Below are positions 61,758-64,000 of a stretch of DNA of 64,000 bases, one piece after another. The position numbers and the translations under genes were made by a program. How positions within the stretch are numbered: position 1 is the stretch's first letter; each line of letters begins with the position of its first letter. A model generated the notes under the pieces. That model saw only the letters and a list, made by a program, of their open reading frames with translations, did not search any database and was not told where the DNA came from. This DNA is from Rhodospirillaceae bacterium (GTDB lineage: Bacteria; Pseudomonadota; Alphaproteobacteria; UBA6615), in the NCBI GenBank assembly GCA_018702955.1, contig JABJEK010000058.1, forward strand, positions 47,150 to 111,149, written 5' to 3'.

Positions 61758-62789
61758 ATGAAAGCTAAACTACTGACAGGTGCCATTGCGGCCGCCGGCC
61801 TTATGGCAATCAGCGCCACGGCAAACACCGCACATGCGGGCACGCTGGACGACGTGCGCGCCGCGGGTGAATTGAAGTGTGGCATTAACACCGGCCTTCC
61901 CGGCTTTGCCTTCACCGACGACAAGGGCAACTGGACCGGCTTCGACGTCGCCTACTGCCGCGCACTTGCCGGCGCCGTGCTCGGCGACCCGGACAAGGTG
62001 AAATGGGTCAACCTGACCGGCAAGAACCGTTTCCCGGCACTGACCTCGGGCGAAATCGACGTCCTTTCACGTAACACGACGTGGACCTTCTCGCGCGATG
62101 TCGACCTCGGCTTCACATTTGTCGGCGTGAACTATTATGACGGCCAGGGCTTCATCGGCCGGACCGCGCTGGACGCCAAGAGCGCCCGGGAACTCGATGG
62201 CGCGTCCGTCTGCATCCAGACAGGCACAACCACCGAGTTGAACCTCGCCGACTTCTTCCGGATCAACAAAATCGATTATGAGCCGGTGCCGATCGAGACC
62301 AACGAAGAAGCCCGCAAGGCCTATGAGGCCGAGCGTTGCGACGTTTACACGACGGATGCCTCGGGCCTCGCGGCGACGCGCTCGACCTTCCCGGACGCGG
62401 ACGCGCACATGGTCTTTCCGGAGATCATCTCCAAGGAGCCACTCGGACCGCTGGTCCGCCATGGCGACGATCAGTGGGCGGATGTCGCGCGCTGGACCCT
62501 GAACGCTCTGATCAATGCCGAAGAGCTGGGCGTGACCCAGGAAAATGTCGCAGACCTCGCCAAGGGCAGCGACAATCCGGAGATCAACCGGATGCTCGGT
62601 TCCGAGGGTTCGCTGGCCGAGATGCTGGGCCTGTCCACGGATTGGGCGGTCAACGCGATCCGGGCTGAAGGCAACTACAGCGAGATTTTCGAGCGGTATC
62701 TCGGAACGAACACCTCGCTGGGCATTTCCCGCGGCCTGAACGCGCTGTGGAAAGATGGCGGCATCCTGTACGCGCCGCCGATGCGCTAA
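61758..62789 (+). CDS. aapJ: General L-amino acid ABC transporter substrate-binding protein
   Basis: GFDVAYCRALA, RNTTWTFSRD, VNYYDGQGF, GTTTELN and ISKEPLGP motifs. Confidence 0.95.
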   Translation: MKAKLLTGAIAAAGLMAISATANTAHAGTLDDVRAAGELKCGINTGLPGFAFTDDKGNWTGFDVAYCRALAGAVLGDPDKVKWVNLTGKNRFPALTSGEIDVLSRNTTWTFSRDVDLGFTFVGVNYYDGQGFIGRTALDAKSARELDGASVCIQTGTTTELNLADFFRINKIDYEPVPIETNEEARKAYEAERCDVYTTDASGLAATRSTFPDADAHMVFPEIISKEPLGPLVRHGDDQWADVARWTLNALINAEELGVTQENVADLAKGSDNPEINRMLGSEGSLAEMLGLSTDWAVNAIRAEGNYSEIFERYLGTNTSLGISRGLNALWKDGGILYAPPMR

Positions 62790-62798
62790 GAAAATGAT

Positions 62799-62830
62799 GA
62801 AGGCCCGCGAGCAACCGTTCGCGGGCCTTC
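62799..62830 (+). other. Intercistronic stem-loop between aapJ and aapQ
   Basis: GAAGGCCCGCGA-N8-TCGCGGGCCTTC. Confidence 0.75.
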
Positions 62831-62861
62831 GACGTTTCTTTGATGCAAAGAACATAATTCT

Positions 62862-64000
62862 TTGTCGACCCCGGCGCTGAACGACAAGGGCGAACAATTC
62901 GACGTTCGCCGATTGCTGACCGACGAACGCAGCCGCGGCATCGTCCTGCAGTTGGCTGTCCTTCTCGCCGTCGCACTCGTAATTGCATTCATTACCTCGA
63001 ATACGCTGGCGAACCTGCAACGCGCCGGGCTGGCTTCAGGGTTCGGCTTTCTCGACGACACCGCCTTCTTCGACATCAATCAGAAGCTGATCGACTACAC
63101 CTCCCAATCGACCTTCGGGAGGGCGCTGGTGGTCGGCTTCCTGAACACAATTCTGGTGTCTGCCCTGGGCATTATTGCGGCCACATTGATTGGCTTCAGC
63201 GCCGGGGTTCTGCGCCTATCACCGAATTGGCTGATCAGCCGCGTCGTGACCGCCTATGTGGAATTCACACGCAACGTGCCGGTGCTGCTGCAGATCATCT
63301 TCTGGTGGGCCACCCTGACCGCGCTGCCGAAGGTGCGAGATAGCCTGTCCCTCGGGGACGCGGCCTTCCTCAATAACCGGGGTATCCGCTTGCCGGCCCC
63401 GATTTTCGAACCCGGCATGGAATGGGTCATCGGCGCCGCCGTCGTCGGCATCGTCGCCGCAGTCATTCTGGGCCGCTGGGCGCGCAAGCGCCAGGATCAG
63501 ACGGGCCAGATATTCCCGTCCGGATGGGCCGGGCTCGGCCTGATCATCGGCCTGCCGCTGATTGTCTATTTCCTCCTCGGCCAGCCACTCGAATGGGACG
63601 TGCCGGTCCGCAAGCGCTTCAACTTCCAGGGCGGCTTCAACATCACCCCTGAGCTGATCGCGCTCTGGCTGGCGCTTGCGACCTACACCGGCGCCTTCAT
63701 CTCGGAAATCGTGCGGTCGGGTATCCTTTCGGTTAGTCGCGGCCAATCCGAGGCGGCGTTCGCGCTCGGTCTGCGCTCGAACCAGACCATGCGCATGATC
63801 GTCATCCCGCAGGCGCTGCGGGTGATCATCCCACCCCTGACAAGCCAGTATCTCAACCTGACCAAGAACTCGTCGCTGGCGGTTGCGATCGGCTATCAGG
63901 ATCTGGTCTCGATCGGTGGCACGATCCTGTTCCAGAGCGGTCAGACTCTCGAAGTCGTCGGCATCTGGATGGCGGTCTATCTGTCGCTCAGCCTGCTCAC
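62862..64000 (+). CDS. aapQ: General L-amino acid ABC transporter permease, 3'-truncated
   Basis: TTG start read by hand; SGFGFL, RALVVGFLNT, EFTRNVPVLLQI, SEIVRSGI and LTKNSSLAVAIGY motifs. Confidence 0.93.
   Translation, partial: MSTPALNDKGEQFDVRRLLTDERSRGIVLQLAVLLAVALVIAFITSNTLANLQRAGLASGFGFLDDTAFFDINQKLIDYTSQSTFGRALVVGFLNTILVSALGIIAATLIGFSAGVLRLSPNWLISRVVTAYVEFTRNVPVLLQIIFWWATLTALPKVRDSLSLGDAAFLNNRGIRLPAPIFEPGMEWVIGAAVVGIVAAVILGRWARKRQDQTGQIFPSGWAGLGLIIGLPLIVYFLLGQPLEWDVPVRKRFNFQGGFNITPELIALWLALATYTGAFISEIVRSGILSVSRGQSEAAFALGLRSNQTMRMIVIPQALRVIIPPLTSQYLNLTKNSSLAVAIGYQDLVSIGGTILFQSGQTLEVVGIWMAVYLSLSLL

Overview
A GC-rich alphaproteobacterial chromosome segment (Rhodospirillales-like by gene content; inference). 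The left ~27 kb is accessory and catabolic: a lipid A deacylase-family gene, an RTX repeat protein, a large CoA/B12 catabolic cluster (PaaK-like ligase, citryl-CoA lyase-like protein, luciferase-like monooxygenase, 2OG oxygenase, crotonase, split acyl-CoA mutase, CoA-transferase, MeaB, lactonase), a ThDP decarboxylase/IclR/FAD monooxygenase module, FNT-sthA, REP-like and palindromic repeats, an AT-rich orphan ORF, a UGA-interrupted peroxiredoxin-like selenoprotein with a SECIS-like hairpin, and tRNA-Ile2(CAU). The right part is mostly core genes: rpoD, dnaG, yqeY, carAB, greA, frmA, trxB-LysR, msrP, glcDEF, rpmJ and aapJQ. Best leads: (1) a B12 acyl-CoA mutase that keeps the carboxylate-binding Tyr/Arg but has lost four bulky or polar pocket residues, next to an ECHDC1-like crotonase, suggesting an undescribed rearrangement-decarboxylation pathway; (2) an unannotated ~150-nt AbcR-like sRNA downstream of trxB-LysR, with an LTTR box, CUCCCA loops and a terminator; (3) the UxxC selenoprotein, which the ORF track splits in two. 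No CRISPR array, integrase or transposase was seen. All calls come from reading motifs by eye; no database searches were run, and reference residue numbers are from memory.
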